Assembly: GCA_965652295.1 (NCBI GenBank)
Contig: CBFGTS010000008.1
Location: forward strand, 1-64,000
Direction: 5' to 3'
Length of the DNA: 64,000 nt
DNA from: an uncultured Haloferula sp.
GTDB taxonomy: Bacteria > Verrucomicrobiota > Verrucomicrobiia > Verrucomicrobiales > Akkermansiaceae
In this document: positions 8,247-18,214 of the stretch, in pieces
How positions within the stretch are numbered: position 1 is the stretch's first letter
Layout of the letters: the number at the start of each line of letters is the position of its first letter
Position numbers and translations under genes: made by a program
Notes under the pieces: model-generated
The model's database searches: none
What the model was told of the DNA's origin: nothing
What the model saw: only the letters and a program-made list of their open reading frames with translations

Positions 8247-9362
8247 ATGGATCTGACCACCACGGCATACGGCACTTGGAGCGGAGGCCGCTTCATGCAT
8301 TTCGGCGAAACGCTCGGCGAAGATCGTTACAAGGAATGCATCCGGCTGGCGTACGAGGCGGGATTCCGGACGTTCATCACGGCCGATGTTTACGGCAACG
8401 GCAAGGCGGACGAGCTGCTGGGTGAGGCGCTGGAGGGAATTGATCGCGCCAGCTACTGCCTTGTCGGCACCTTGGGGCACGATTTTTATGAAGGCCAACG
8501 GCAGGGAAACCGCGGTTATCCCCGTTTTACCGACCCCGAACTGCGCGGGCCCGAGGGCTATGCGTCCTACCTCAAGATGGCCTGTGAGAAATCGCTGGAA
8601 CGCTGCCGCACGGATCATTTCAACCTCGTGATGCTGCACAATCCCGACGAGACCGGATACACCAGCGCCGCCGTCTGGGAGGGCATGGAAGGGCTGCGGG
8701 CGGGTGGCCTGACCGAAAAGCTCGGCATTGCGCCCGGACCGGCCAATGGCTTCACTCTGGATCTCATCGATTGTTTCGAGAAATTCGGCGACTCGATCGA
8801 TTGGGCGATGCTGATCCTCAACCCGCTCGAGCCGTGGCCGGTGGGGCTGGCTTTGCCGGCGTGCGAAAAGTTCGGAGTCAAGGTGCTGACGCGGGTGGTG
8901 GATTTCGGTGGCCTGTTTTTCGGCGACATGAAGTCCGGCCACGAGTTCAAACCCGGCGACCACCGGGCGTACCGCCCCGAAGGCTGGGTGGAGCATGGGC
9001 TTGAGAAAATCGAGCGCATGCGTCCGATCGCCGAGCGCCACGGGCTGTCCATGGTGGAGTTCGCCGCCGTCTGGAACCTCAGTCAGACACCGGTGGAAAG
9101 CGTGGTGCCCACCTTCATTCAGGAAGCGGGCGAGCAGGCCCGGCCCATCGAGGACCGGATCCGCGAATTCGCCGTGATTCCGGACGTCCGTCTAAGTGCG
9201 GAGGAAATCGAAGAGGTCCGCGCCATCGGCGACAACGCCGGCTGCATGATGCTCAAGGGCGCCAGCAAGCGCCACGCGACCAGCGAACGTCCGGACGAGT
9301 GGCCGATGCGCGAGGAGTTGCTGCAACTCGCCGGACGCTACGAACTCGGCAGCGAGTGGTGA
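8247..9362 (+). CDS. Aldo/keto reductase
   Basis: YGTW, TADVYGNGKADELLG and SLERCRTDHFNLVMLHNPD motifs. Confidence 0.9.
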   Translation: MDLTTTAYGTWSGGRFMHFGETLGEDRYKECIRLAYEAGFRTFITADVYGNGKADELLGEALEGIDRASYCLVGTLGHDFYEGQRQGNRGYPRFTDPELRGPEGYASYLKMACEKSLERCRTDHFNLVMLHNPDETGYTSAAVWEGMEGLRAGGLTEKLGIAPGPANGFTLDLIDCFEKFGDSIDWAMLILNPLEPWPVGLALPACEKFGVKVLTRVVDFGGLFFGDMKSGHEFKPGDHRAYRPEGWVEHGLEKIERMRPIAERHGLSMVEFAAVWNLSQTPVESVVPTFIQEAGEQARPIEDRIREFAVIPDVRLSAEEIEEVRAIGDNAGCMMLKGASKRHATSERPDEWPMREELLQLAGRYELGSEW

Positions 9363-9368
9363 GTCCGC

Positions 9369-9986
9369 TCAGCGCTGCGCCAGGTGACGGACGCAGTGCT
9401 GGGACCAGGTCTCAAGGCGCTCGAAAAGCGGACCGTTGAGGTCGCTCAGGGGAGTGAAGCTGAGGTCCGCCAAGGCATCCTCGTTCGAGCGGACAGCATC
9501 GCTTTCCACCTCGATGAGATGAACCACGCCGAGGTGGACCTGTCCCACTGGGTTGGTGTCGTCGTTGAGCAGCGCGATGATCCGATTCGTATGGGGCGTC
9601 TCGAAGACGAGCTCCTCCGTCAGCTCACGTTCGACGGCGGCGTTGTAGGCGGCCGGGCCGGTGCGTCCGCCGCCGGTATCGACCGGATTGATGTGGCCGC
9701 CCACACCTACGGAACGCAGCGCGTGAAGGCGGGATTCACCACCCGCCTTGCCGCGGGTGTAGTTCAGGATGCGGTCGCCGCAACGGATCACGCAGTAAGG
9801 GATGATCTGCTTGTGGGTGGGATCCTCCTCGGCCAGTGCCCGGTCCATGAAAAAGTGGAGGGAAGGATCGAGGATTCGCTCGATGGCCGACTCGATGCCT
9901 TCCGTGCGGATGCCTTCGAAAACACCGACTTCCTCCAACAGGGAGCGTTTCACGACAAGGACCTCTTCACCAGCGTACTTGGACAT
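9369..9986 (-). CDS. NUDIX-family phosphoesterase (YmaB-like)
   Basis: AEEDPTHKQIIPY, ESRLH..SVGVGGHINP, RELTEEL and NPVGQVHLG motifs. Confidence 0.85.
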   Translation of the reverse strand: MSKYAGEEVLVVKRSLLEEVGVFEGIRTEGIESAIERILDPSLHFFMDRALAEEDPTHKQIIPYCVIRCGDRILNYTRGKAGGESRLHALRSVGVGGHINPVDTGGGRTGPAAYNAAVERELTEELVFETPHTNRIIALLNDDTNPVGQVHLGVVHLIEVESDAVRSNEDALADLSFTPLSDLNGPLFERLETWSQHCVRHLAQR

Positions 9987-10047
9987 GGCGCGGAAGCTGA
10001 GCGGGGTGGCGCTGCGATCCAAGTCTCAAGTTCCGGTGCGGGGCGCT

Positions 10048-10662
10048 TCAGTGCTCGAGGTTGAGCTTGCGGAGCTTCGGCGTGATGACGGCCCGGCAGT
10101 AGGGATTCTTCGACTTGTTCTGGAAGTAGTAATCCTGGTGGTATTTCTCCGCCGGGTAGAACGTTTCCGCTTTGCTGATCTTCGTCACGATCGGTTTCTC
10201 AAAGTCCTTTTGCGCGGCTGCCATCGAGGCTTCGGCCACCTTTTTCTGCTCCGGATCATGATAGAAAATCTCGGAGCGGTACTGGGTGCCGATGTCCGCT
10301 CCCTGGCGGTTGAGCTGGGTGGGGTCGTGAAGATCCCAGAACCAATCGAGCACCCGGGCGGTGGAGATTTTTTCCGGATCATAAACCACCTGGACCACCT
10401 CGGCGTGACCCGTGGTGCCGCTGCAGATCTGTTCGTAGGTCGGATCGGCGACGCTGCCGCCCATGTAACCGGAGGTGGCGGAATAAACCCCGTCGACCTG
10501 CGCATACACCGCTTCGACGCACCAGAAACAGCCGGCTCCCAGGGTGAGAACTTCGGCTCCGGCGGGGACTTCCGGTTTCGGGGCGGGCTTCTTTTCTTCT
10601 TCGGACATGGCGTTGCAGGAGCCTAGCACGGATGCCGCGAGGAGGGTGAAGAGAAGTTTCAT
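10048..10662 (-). CDS. msrA: Peptide-methionine (S)-S-oxide reductase with a lipoprotein signal
   Basis: GAGCFWCVE, GTTGHAE, RQGADIGTQYRS and AEKYHQDY motifs; N-terminal VLGS-C lipobox. Confidence 0.95.
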   Translation of the reverse strand: MKLLFTLLAASVLGSCNAMSEEEKKPAPKPEVPAGAEVLTLGAGCFWCVEAVYAQVDGVYSATSGYMGGSVADPTYEQICSGTTGHAEVVQVVYDPEKISTARVLDWFWDLHDPTQLNRQGADIGTQYRSEIFYHDPEQKKVAEASMAAAQKDFEKPIVTKISKAETFYPAEKYHQDYYFQNKSKNPYCRAVITPKLRKLNLEH

Positions 10663-10704
10663 GACGATCAGAGGACGCGCGGGAGCCCGCTTTTATTCCC
10701 CCCG

Positions 10705-12447
10705 TCAGTCCGCTGGCGTCGAGATGATCCTGAGAAACCGCCGAGTCGGAGAGCTGGTATCGAACACACGTTCGACCAATCCACCCTCACCTGCAACTTC
10801 CTCGACCAACTCCCAGACGCCGAGGGTGGTGGAGGATTCGATGCGATAGGTCACGCCGGAGGCGGCGAAAAACGAGAAGACGATTTCGTCCGGCAAACCG
10901 TCAGGATACGGTTCGAGAGTCGGTTGGCCTTCGGGTGGACTCGCGTCGTTGTTTGGATCGAAACCGTTTTCGACCTCAAAACCATCGTCGAAGCCATCGC
11001 CGTCCGTGTCCGGATTGTTGGGGTTGGTTCCGTGTTGGTTCTGCTCAGCGGAGTCGGAAAGTCCGTCGCCATCGGCGTCGGCATTAAGCACCAGCTGAAC
11101 CTGCTGCGGTGCGTCGACGGTCAGGGTTACGGGAGGAAGGACGGAATAGGAACCGAGGGTAGCGTCGAGGGTATAAGTCGCGCCCTTGAGGAGATACAGG
11201 AGACGCGTTTTTGGGCCGTTGAGGATGTTGACGGAGGCTCCGGTGGGACTTTCATCGCCCGCGGCCTCGATCGTAACCACGCCGTCGGGTGCAGGTGAAA
11301 GGCCGGCGGCGAGGCTGACCCGCAGCGACATTTGGACGGGGTAGCGTAAGTCGGTCGGGGTTTCGCCCGCGAGGAAGGATTTCATGCCGGTCAGGCACCA
11401 GGCTCGCACGTTGTTGTTGAGATCGATCGAGTTGCCGACCATCACGTCGCCATCGTCGGAAACCGCGTTCACCTCGTAGAGTCGCAGGGTTCCCAGGTTC
11501 ATGCCGGCGTTTGTCAAAAGCGTGGCGAGGTTCCGAACGCCATGGCTCTGGTCCCAGATGATAGCGTGCCGCCCCGTGCCGGACGTGCCGTATCCGACCG
11601 CAAGGGATCCGTTGGCCGTGACGTCCGAGAGCCGCGACGAGAACGCTCCTCCGTCGAGGTCGCCCACGGCAGTGAGGCCGTTCTGGGTGAACAGGACGCC
11701 CTGTTGGCCGGACCCGTCGTTTCCATATCCCACGATCACCGAGCCATCCGCAGAAATTCCCAGTGCGGCCCCTTCTTGAGGGCCTCCGACCAAGTCTCCC
11801 AGAGAAACCATTCCGGTGTCCGCCGTCCATCGGAACGCGACCGAGTCCGTTCCCGAGAGACTCGCGCCCACGATCACCGTGCCATCGGCTGACATCGCAT
11901 TGGCGGTGGAAGCGGGATTGCTGCCGATGACGAGAGCACCAAGGTTGGTGATGCCCGATGCCTGGGTCCAGCGGAACGCCCGATTCCCCGCGTTGGAGGA
12001 TGCGATTCCCGCCACTGCACCGCCGTCGGCGGAGATGGCACGGCCCTCCGCGAACGCGAAGGTCCCGGTGCCGAGGAGGCCAAGCTCATGAACCGTGTTG
12101 TCCGGCCGCCAGCGGGAGGCCCGGGAGCCGGTGGAGCCAAAGCTGATGGTTCCGGTTCCGAACGAGCCATCGCTCGACAGCGCCTTCAACGACGAAAAAA
12201 TCTGGGAGGAGTAGAGATTCTTTTTCGCTCCGATGCCGTCCGCCACTGTCCACGCATAGGCCGTTGTTCCCGCCGCTGACTCGGCACCGCCGCCTACCAC
12301 CGAGCCATCGGCGGATACCGCGAGGCCCTCCGAACCGCCGGCTCCGTCGGCGAATCCGTTGATGAGATGAAGGACGAGAGGACCGGGTGCCGCGCGGGAG
12401 GAAAGCGCCATCGCGAGGACAATGATGGGTGCGATGAGAGTTTTCAG
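10705..12447 (-). CDS. Secreted HAF-repeat protein with DxDGDG calcium-binding repeats and a C-terminal putative sorting domain
   Basis: Repeated A.(G/A)(I/V)SADGS.(I/V)VG..AFRWT units and DADGDG/DTDGDG. The signal peptide is complete only if translation starts at CTG 12447; the first ATG is at 12411. Confidence 0.8.
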   Translation of the reverse strand: MKTLIAPIIVLAMALSSRAAPGPLVLHLINGFADGAGGSEGLAVSADGSVVGGGAESAAGTTAYAWTVADGIGAKKNLYSSQIFSSLKALSSDGSFGTGTISFGSTGSRASRWRPDNTVHELGLLGTGTFAFAEGRAISADGGAVAGIASSNAGNRAFRWTQASGITNLGALVIGSNPASTANAMSADGTVIVGASLSGTDSVAFRWTADTGMVSLGDLVGGPQEGAALGISADGSVIVGYGNDGSGQQGVLFTQNGLTAVGDLDGGAFSSRLSDVTANGSLAVGYGTSGTGRHAIIWDQSHGVRNLATLLTNAGMNLGTLRLYEVNAVSDDGDVMVGNSIDLNNNVRAWCLTGMKSFLAGETPTDLRYPVQMSLRVSLAAGLSPAPDGVVTIEAAGDESPTGASVNILNGPKTRLLYLLKGATYTLDATLGSYSVLPPVTLTVDAPQQVQLVLNADADGDGLSDSAEQNQHGTNPNNPDTDGDGFDDGFEVENGFDPNNDASPPEGQPTLEPYPDGLPDEIVFSFFAASGVTYRIESSTTLGVWELVEEVAGEGGLVERVFDTSSPTRRFLRIISTPAD

Positions 12448-12618
12448 AGGGTCTGACGTGGGTTTGGGTTGCCAGTGCAGCGGAGGATGCGACCGACGGT
12501 TTCACGTTCCACACTCCCATGCCCACGTCAAACCGGAAGATCGGGCGGAATGCGACGCGTGGGAAGGAACCTGATCCTTTTCCTTCCGGCGATCCCGATG
12601 GCGGGTTAGGCAAAGGTC

Positions 12619-13539
12619 ATGTCTGGCCTGGCGATCGAGATCGAGTCGCTTACGAAGCGATATGGCGCGTTCGTGGCGCTGGCCGGAGTTTCGCTCCGGG
12701 TCCAGCGGGGCAGGGTTTTCGCGCTGCTCGGGCCGAATGGTGCCGGCAAGAGCACCTTGGTCAAATCGATGCTGACGCTGGTCCGGCCCGGGGTCTGTCG
12801 CGGTCGTCTGTTGGGACACCCGGTCGGCCATCGACCGACGCTGGCGAAGGTCGGCTACCACCCCGAGCATGCCCGTTTTTCCGACCACCTCACCGGCCGG
12901 CAGATCGTCCGCATGTCGGCGGGGTTGGCGAAGGTGCCGCGGAAGGCAGTTCTGATGCGGGAGAACGACCTCCTCGAACGCGTGGGCATGAAGGAGCGGG
13001 CGGACGATCTCCACCGCACCTATTCCAAGGGCATGAAGCAGCGCATCGGCCTCGCCCAGGCGCTGATCAACGATCCGGAGCTGGTGTTTCTGGACGAACC
13101 GACCGACGGAGTCGATCCCGAGGGACGCGTCGAGATCCGCCATCTCATCGAGGAAATGCGGGCCGAGGGCAGGACGGTTTTCGTGAACAGTCACCTGCTG
13201 GGCGAAATCGAGCAGATCGCGGACGATGTCGCCATCCTCAGCCGCGGGAGGATCGTGGAAACGGGCAGCATGCGAGGGTTGATGCAGCGTCGTTCATCGT
13301 TCGTGCTGACCACCGCCGGGCCGATGCCCTTTGAATTGAAGGATCGCTTCGAGACCGCGGGATTCAAGGTCGGCGCGGATTTCGTCGAGGTGGAGTCGGA
13401 CGACGCGGTCGCCCTCCAGCCGGTGATCGACGCCCTCCGCGCCGGGGGAGTGGTCATCCGGGAAATCCGCGAATCACGCCAGACGCTTGAGCGGGTCTTT
13501 CTCGATGCGGTTCACAAATCGGAAGAAGGGAACCCATGA
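12619..13539 (+). CDS. ABC transporter ATP-binding protein (ABC-2 type)
   Basis: GPNGAGKST, YSKGMKQR, FLDEPTDGVDP and NSH motifs. Confidence 0.95.
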   Translation: MSGLAIEIESLTKRYGAFVALAGVSLRVQRGRVFALLGPNGAGKSTLVKSMLTLVRPGVCRGRLLGHPVGHRPTLAKVGYHPEHARFSDHLTGRQIVRMSAGLAKVPRKAVLMRENDLLERVGMKERADDLHRTYSKGMKQRIGLAQALINDPELVFLDEPTDGVDPEGRVEIRHLIEEMRAEGRTVFVNSHLLGEIEQIADDVAILSRGRIVETGSMRGLMQRRSSFVLTTAGPMPFELKDRFETAGFKVGADFVEVESDDAVALQPVIDALRAGGVVIREIRESRQTLERVFLDAVHKSEEGNP

Positions 13540-14525
13540 GCCAGTTCGGCGTTATTTTCATCGATTCGCTGCGTCTGTTGAGGGCCCGGGCGCTGTTCTG
13601 GATCACGCTCGGAATCACGCTTTTCGCGGCGCTGCTTTATTTATCCATCGGCTTCACCGACTCGGGGGTCAGCGTGCTTTTCGGACTGATGGAGATCGAG
13701 AACCCATCCTTGCGCGAAGGCACGGCGATGGCCGGAATGTTCTACTTCGCGATCTTTTCGATGTTCCTCGTGAACATCTGGCTTTCGTGGATCGCCGTCA
13801 TTCTGGCCCTGATCACCAGCGCTCCGATTTTCCCCGAATTCATGGCGGAAGGAGCGGCCGGCAGCGTACTCTGCAAGCCGATCTCGCGGCTCAGGCTCTT
13901 CATCTACAAGTATCTCAGCGGACTGCTTTTCGCCTTCATCCAGACCTCGGTGTTCTGCCTGGTGGTGTTCGTCGCGATGCGCTGGCGCGTGGGAAGCTGG
14001 AACCCCACGGTCTTCTGGGCGGTGCCGTTGATCGTTCTGATGTTCTCGTATCTGTGGTCGGTCATGGTCGCCGTGGGCGTCCGCACCGGCTCGGTGATGG
14101 CGTCGGTCCTCTCCGCGCTGCTTCTGTGGCTCGGATGCTGGACGGCGAAGGCGGTCGAGGATTTCACCTGGATGGCGGTGGAGACCGGTGAGTTGCCGTT
14201 CGCCTCGGGAAACGAAAGACTCGAACCCGAGGAGCGGGCCTTGTGGGGGGAGCGGCGGTCGCTGGTCGAGGCTCCGTATGTGATCCTGCCAAAGACGACG
14301 GACACGGTGAACCTCCTCCAGCGCTTCGTCCGGCTTGAGGGTGATCGCGAGTTCTCGCTCAGCGAGGTCACCACCGCGATGATCGAAGGGGTGCCGCGCC
14401 GCGATGAAACCGTGGAGGCCGCTCTCACGAGACGGTCTCCCGGCTTCATCCTCGGCACTTCACTCGCGTTCGAACTGGTGGTGTTCGGAGTCGGAGCCTG
14501 GATGTTCTGCAGGAAGGATTTTTGA
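13536..14525 (+). CDS. ABC-2 transporter permease
   Basis: About six hydrophobic segments, KPISR motif, C-terminal FCRKDF; ATGA overlap with the ATPase gene. Confidence 0.88.
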   Translation: MSQFGVIFIDSLRLLRARALFWITLGITLFAALLYLSIGFTDSGVSVLFGLMEIENPSLREGTAMAGMFYFAIFSMFLVNIWLSWIAVILALITSAPIFPEFMAEGAAGSVLCKPISRLRLFIYKYLSGLLFAFIQTSVFCLVVFVAMRWRVGSWNPTVFWAVPLIVLMFSYLWSVMVAVGVRTGSVMASVLSALLLWLGCWTAKAVEDFTWMAVETGELPFASGNERLEPEERALWGERRSLVEAPYVILPKTTDTVNLLQRFVRLEGDREFSLSEVTTAMIEGVPRRDETVEAALTRRSPGFILGTSLAFELVVFGVGAWMFCRKDF

Positions 14526-14537
14526 GCGACGACGGGC

Positions 14538-17500
14538 TCAATCGATCCGGACCAGCAGGTCATCGCTGTCGATCTGCTCGCCCTTCTTGATGAGGACCTC
14601 TTTCACCGTGCCGGCCTTGGCGGCGGAGACGGTGGTGAGCATCTTCATGGCTTCGAGCACGACGAGCTTGTCGCCTTCCGCCACTTCCTGGCCCGGGGAG
14701 ACGGCCACTTCGGAAACCATGCCGGGCATGGGCGCGCATACCTGCGAGACATCGGACGGGTCGCCCTTCGCCCGGACCGGACCGGCCGATTTCGACAGCG
14801 CGGTATCGGTCACCAGGCTCTCGCGCGGCATGCCGTTGAGCTCGTAGAAAAGCGTCCGGCGTCCGGCGGCGTCCGCCTCGCCGATCGAGACGAGCTTGAT
14901 GAAGAGGGTTTTGCCGGGGTCGATCTCGACTTCGATCTCCTCCCCGGCGCTGAGACCGTAGAAGAAGGCGGGCGTGGGTAATCCACTAAGGTCGTCGTAC
15001 TTCTGGAGCGTCGCCTGGAAGTCCGCGAAAACCGCGGGATACATCAGGTGCGAGTAGAGGTCGTCATCCTTGGCCGGACGCTTGAGGAGTTCGGCGACCC
15101 GGGTGCGGGTGTCCTCCAGGTCCACCGGCGCGGCGAGTTCGCCGGGCCGGCTGGTGGTCGAGGGTTTGTTGTTGAGCACCACACGTTTCACGTCCTCGGG
15201 GAACCCGCCATCGGGCTGGCCGAGCCCGCCGGCGAGCATGTCGATCACGCTCTCGGGCCAGTCGATCGAACCGGGCTTCAGCTTGGGCACATCGGCCGGC
15301 TTGATGCCACGGGTGATGAGGAACATGGCCATGTCGCCCACGACCTTCGACGAGGGCGTGACTTTCACGATGTCACCGAAGAGCTGGTTCACCTCGGCAT
15401 AGGTCCGGGAGATTTCGCGCCAGCGGTGGCCGAGGCCCATGGCATTCGCCTGCTCGCGGAGGTTGGTGTACTGGCCGCCGGGCATCTCGTGCTCATAGAC
15501 TTCGGCGGTGCCCGCGCGCGGCGCGGAAATGAACGGCTCGTATTGGGCGAGCACTTCCTCCCAGTAGTCGGAGAGTTCGTTGAGAGTGTCGAAATCCAGG
15601 CCCGGATCGAGTTCCGAGTTCGCCAGCGCGGCGCAGACCGAGTTGAGGTTCGGCTGCGAGGTGGAGCCGGACATCGAGGCCATGGCGAGGTCCACGATAT
15701 CGACGCCCGCCCGTGCGGCGGCGATCACCGAGGCGGCGTTGAGGCCGGAGGTGTCGTGGGTGTGGAAGTGGATCGGGATGCCGATTTCCTGCTTCAGGGC
15801 GTGGACCAAATTGTAGGCGGCCTGGGGTTTGCAGAGACCGGCCATGTCCTTGATGGCAAGAATATGCGCGCCCATGTTCTCCAACTCCTTCGCTTTCGCG
15901 ATGTAGTATTTCAGCGAGAACTTGTCGCGTTTGTCGTTGAGGATGTCACCCGTGTAGCACACCGCGGCTTCGCACAGCACGCCGCCGTGCTCGCGGGCGG
16001 CTTCCATGGCCACTCGCATGTTCGGCAGGTAGTTGAGCGAGTCGAAGATCCGGAAGATGTCCATTCCGGAATCGGCCGCGTGTTTGACGAAGCCGGCGAC
16101 GACATTGTCCGGGTAGTTGGAGTAGCCGACGGCGTTCGAACCGCGGAACAGCATCTGGAAAAGGATGCCGGGGATTTTTTCCCGCAAGCGGCGGAGGCGT
16201 TCCCAGGGGTCCTCCTTGAGGAAACGCATGGCGGTGTCGAAGGTCGCACCACCCCACATTTCCAGCGAGAAGAGCGAGGGAATGCCGGCCTGGTAGGCGT
16301 CGGCGATGCGCAGCATGTCGTTCGAGCGCATGCGGGTGGCCATGAGCGACTGGTGGGCGTCGCGCATCGAGGTGTCGGTGATCAGCAGGCGCTTCTGATC
16401 GAGCACCCACTGGCTGAATTTCTCCGGCCCGAGTTCTCCTAGCAGCTTCTTGGTTTCCCTGCCATCCGCCGTGGACGGCTTCACGTGCGGCACGCGTGGT
16501 TGGAGGATCGGCGCGGCGGGCTTCCAACCTTTGGCGGTGGCGTTGCCGTTGACGGTGACGTCGGAGAGATACGAGAGCAGCTTCGTCGCGCGGTCGCGGC
16601 GTGGTTTGAATTGGAACAGCTCGGGTTTGGTGTCGATGAGCTTCGTGTGCGCGTCACCGGCTCGGAAGGTCGGATCGGCGATGACGTTCTCCAGGAAGGG
16701 GATGTTGGTTTTCACCCCGCGGATCCGGAACTCGCGCAGCGCGCGGTCCATGCGCTGGCAGGCGATGGGGAAGCTGCGGCCCATGGTGGTCAGCTTGACC
16801 AGCATCGAGTCGTAGAACGGCGTGATGACGGAACCGGCGTCGCCCGAGCCGGCGTCGAGCCGCACGCCGAAGCCGGCGGCGGAGCGGTAGTTGAGAATGC
16901 GGCCGTAATCCGGGGCGAAATTGCGGGCGGGGTCCTCGGTGGTGATCCGGCACTGGATGGCGTAGCCGTTGCAGGGGATGTCCGCCTGGCTGGGAATCGC
17001 GATCTCGTCGCCATGGAGCGGGTGGCCCTTGGCCACGAGGATCTGTGAGCGGACGAGGTCGATGCCGGTGACGCACTCCGTCACGGTGTGCTCGACCTGG
17101 ATGCGCGGGTTCATCTCGATGAAGAACCAGTCTTGCTTGTCCATGTCGTAGAGGAACTCGACGGTGCCGGCGTTGTTGTAGCCGATGCCCTCGGCCAGCT
17201 TCACCGCGGCCTCGCAGAGTTCTTTCCGCACCACCGGATCGAGGTCGATCGAGGGCGCGACTTCCACGACTTTCTGGTAGCGACGCTGCACCGAGCAATC
17301 GCGCTCGTGGAGGTGGACGACGTTGCCGTGCTGGTCGCCGAGGATCTGCACCTCGATGTGCTTGGCCCGGGAAATGTAGCGCTCGAGGAACACGGCGGGG
17401 TTCCCGAAGGCCTTTCCGGCCTCGTCCTGCGCCTCGGTGAGCAGCGGGAGAAGTTGCTTTTCCTCCATGACCACCCGCATGCCGCGGCCGCCGCCACCGA

Positions 17501-17987
17501 AGGCCGCCTTGATGATGAGGGGAAAACCGATCTCTTTGGCGATTTTGACCGCTTCGTCCGTGTCGGTGATGGCTTCCTCGGTGCCGGGAAGCACGGGCAC
17601 CGAGTATTTCTGGGCGAGTTCACGGGCGGCGGTTTTGTCGCCCATATTCTCCAGCAGATCGGGGGAGGGGCCGATGAAGGTGATGCCCTCGCGGGCGCAG
17701 GCACGGGCGAACGCCGCGTTTTCTGAGAGAAATCCATAGCCAGGGTGGATCAGCGTGACGCCCTTCGATTTGGCCAGAGCGACGATGCCCTCGACATCGA
17801 GATAGGCTCCGACCGGGCCTTTCTCCCGGTCGAGAAGGTAGGCCTCATCAGCCTTGAACCGGTGGCGGGAAAAGCGATCCTCCTCCGCGTAGATCGAAAC
17901 CGTGCGGAGTCCGAGTTCGTTGGCGGCGCGGAAAATCCGGATGGCGATTTCCCCGCGGTTGGCTGCCAGCAGCTTGTCGTTGCTCAT
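14538..17987 (-). CDS. pyc: Pyruvate carboxylase
   Basis: ANRGEIAIR, HPGYGFLSEN, RDAHQSL, WGGATFD, IKDMAGL, HFHTHDT and the biotinylation motif EAMKM. Confidence 0.98.
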   Translation of the reverse strand: MSNDKLLAANRGEIAIRIFRAANELGLRTVSIYAEEDRFSRHRFKADEAYLLDREKGPVGAYLDVEGIVALAKSKGVTLIHPGYGFLSENAAFARACAREGITFIGPSPDLLENMGDKTAARELAQKYSVPVLPGTEEAITDTDEAVKIAKEIGFPLIIKAAFGGGGRGMRVVMEEKQLLPLLTEAQDEAGKAFGNPAVFLERYISRAKHIEVQILGDQHGNVVHLHERDCSVQRRYQKVVEVAPSIDLDPVVRKELCEAAVKLAEGIGYNNAGTVEFLYDMDKQDWFFIEMNPRIQVEHTVTECVTGIDLVRSQILVAKGHPLHGDEIAIPSQADIPCNGYAIQCRITTEDPARNFAPDYGRILNYRSAAGFGVRLDAGSGDAGSVITPFYDSMLVKLTTMGRSFPIACQRMDRALREFRIRGVKTNIPFLENVIADPTFRAGDAHTKLIDTKPELFQFKPRRDRATKLLSYLSDVTVNGNATAKGWKPAAPILQPRVPHVKPSTADGRETKKLLGELGPEKFSQWVLDQKRLLITDTSMRDAHQSLMATRMRSNDMLRIADAYQAGIPSLFSLEMWGGATFDTAMRFLKEDPWERLRRLREKIPGILFQMLFRGSNAVGYSNYPDNVVAGFVKHAADSGMDIFRIFDSLNYLPNMRVAMEAAREHGGVLCEAAVCYTGDILNDKRDKFSLKYYIAKAKELENMGAHILAIKDMAGLCKPQAAYNLVHALKQEIGIPIHFHTHDTSGLNAASVIAAARAGVDIVDLAMASMSGSTSQPNLNSVCAALANSELDPGLDFDTLNELSDYWEEVLAQYEPFISAPRAGTAEVYEHEMPGGQYTNLREQANAMGLGHRWREISRTYAEVNQLFGDIVKVTPSSKVVGDMAMFLITRGIKPADVPKLKPGSIDWPESVIDMLAGGLGQPDGGFPEDVKRVVLNNKPSTTSRPGELAAPVDLEDTRTRVAELLKRPAKDDDLYSHLMYPAVFADFQATLQKYDDLSGLPTPAFFYGLSAGEEIEVEIDPGKTLFIKLVSIGEADAAGRRTLFYELNGMPRESLVTDTALSKSAGPVRAKGDPSDVSQVCAPMPGMVSEVAVSPGQEVAEGDKLVVLEAMKMLTTVSAAKAGTVKEVLIKKGEQIDSDDLLVRID

Positions 17988-18095
17988 GTTGCCCAGATTG
18001 CTAAGGGGAGAGGGGCGATCGGGCCAATGGCAAATTTGGGGGATGAGGGCTGGTTATCGAATGAAGAGAAAAATCAGAAAAATTTCACAAAATGA

Positions 18096-18123
18096 TTGAC
18101 GGCGGGGGTGTTCGATATAGCTT
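18096..18123 (+). promoter_or_regulatory. Sigma70-type promoter TTGACG-N16-TAGCTT with an A-rich UP element
   Basis: The -10 hexamer is identical to that of the rplM promoter; A-tracts lie at 18061-18092. No credible CDS follows. Confidence 0.65.
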
Positions 18124-18129
18124 TCGGGC

Positions 18130-18214
18130 GTCGCGACATCGCAAGCGGCCCGATTGAGACGCCTTTGGTTTTGGGTTTTTCCAGAGGAGAATCGATCGGG
18201 CCGCTTCATTTTTT
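18130..18214 (+). ncRNA. Candidate ~85-nt small RNA (nested stem-loop with a UUUUGGGUUUUU loop and U6 tail)
   Basis: 15-bp stem 18143-18157/18192-18206; inner 7-bp stem 18162-18168/18181-18187; T6 at 18209-18214; promoter directly upstream. Confidence 0.55.

Noticed and set aside
12499..12512. GTTTCACGTTCCAC as a possible parS site
   Set aside because: Only one half matches TGTTTCACGTGAAACA, and it is not palindromic.
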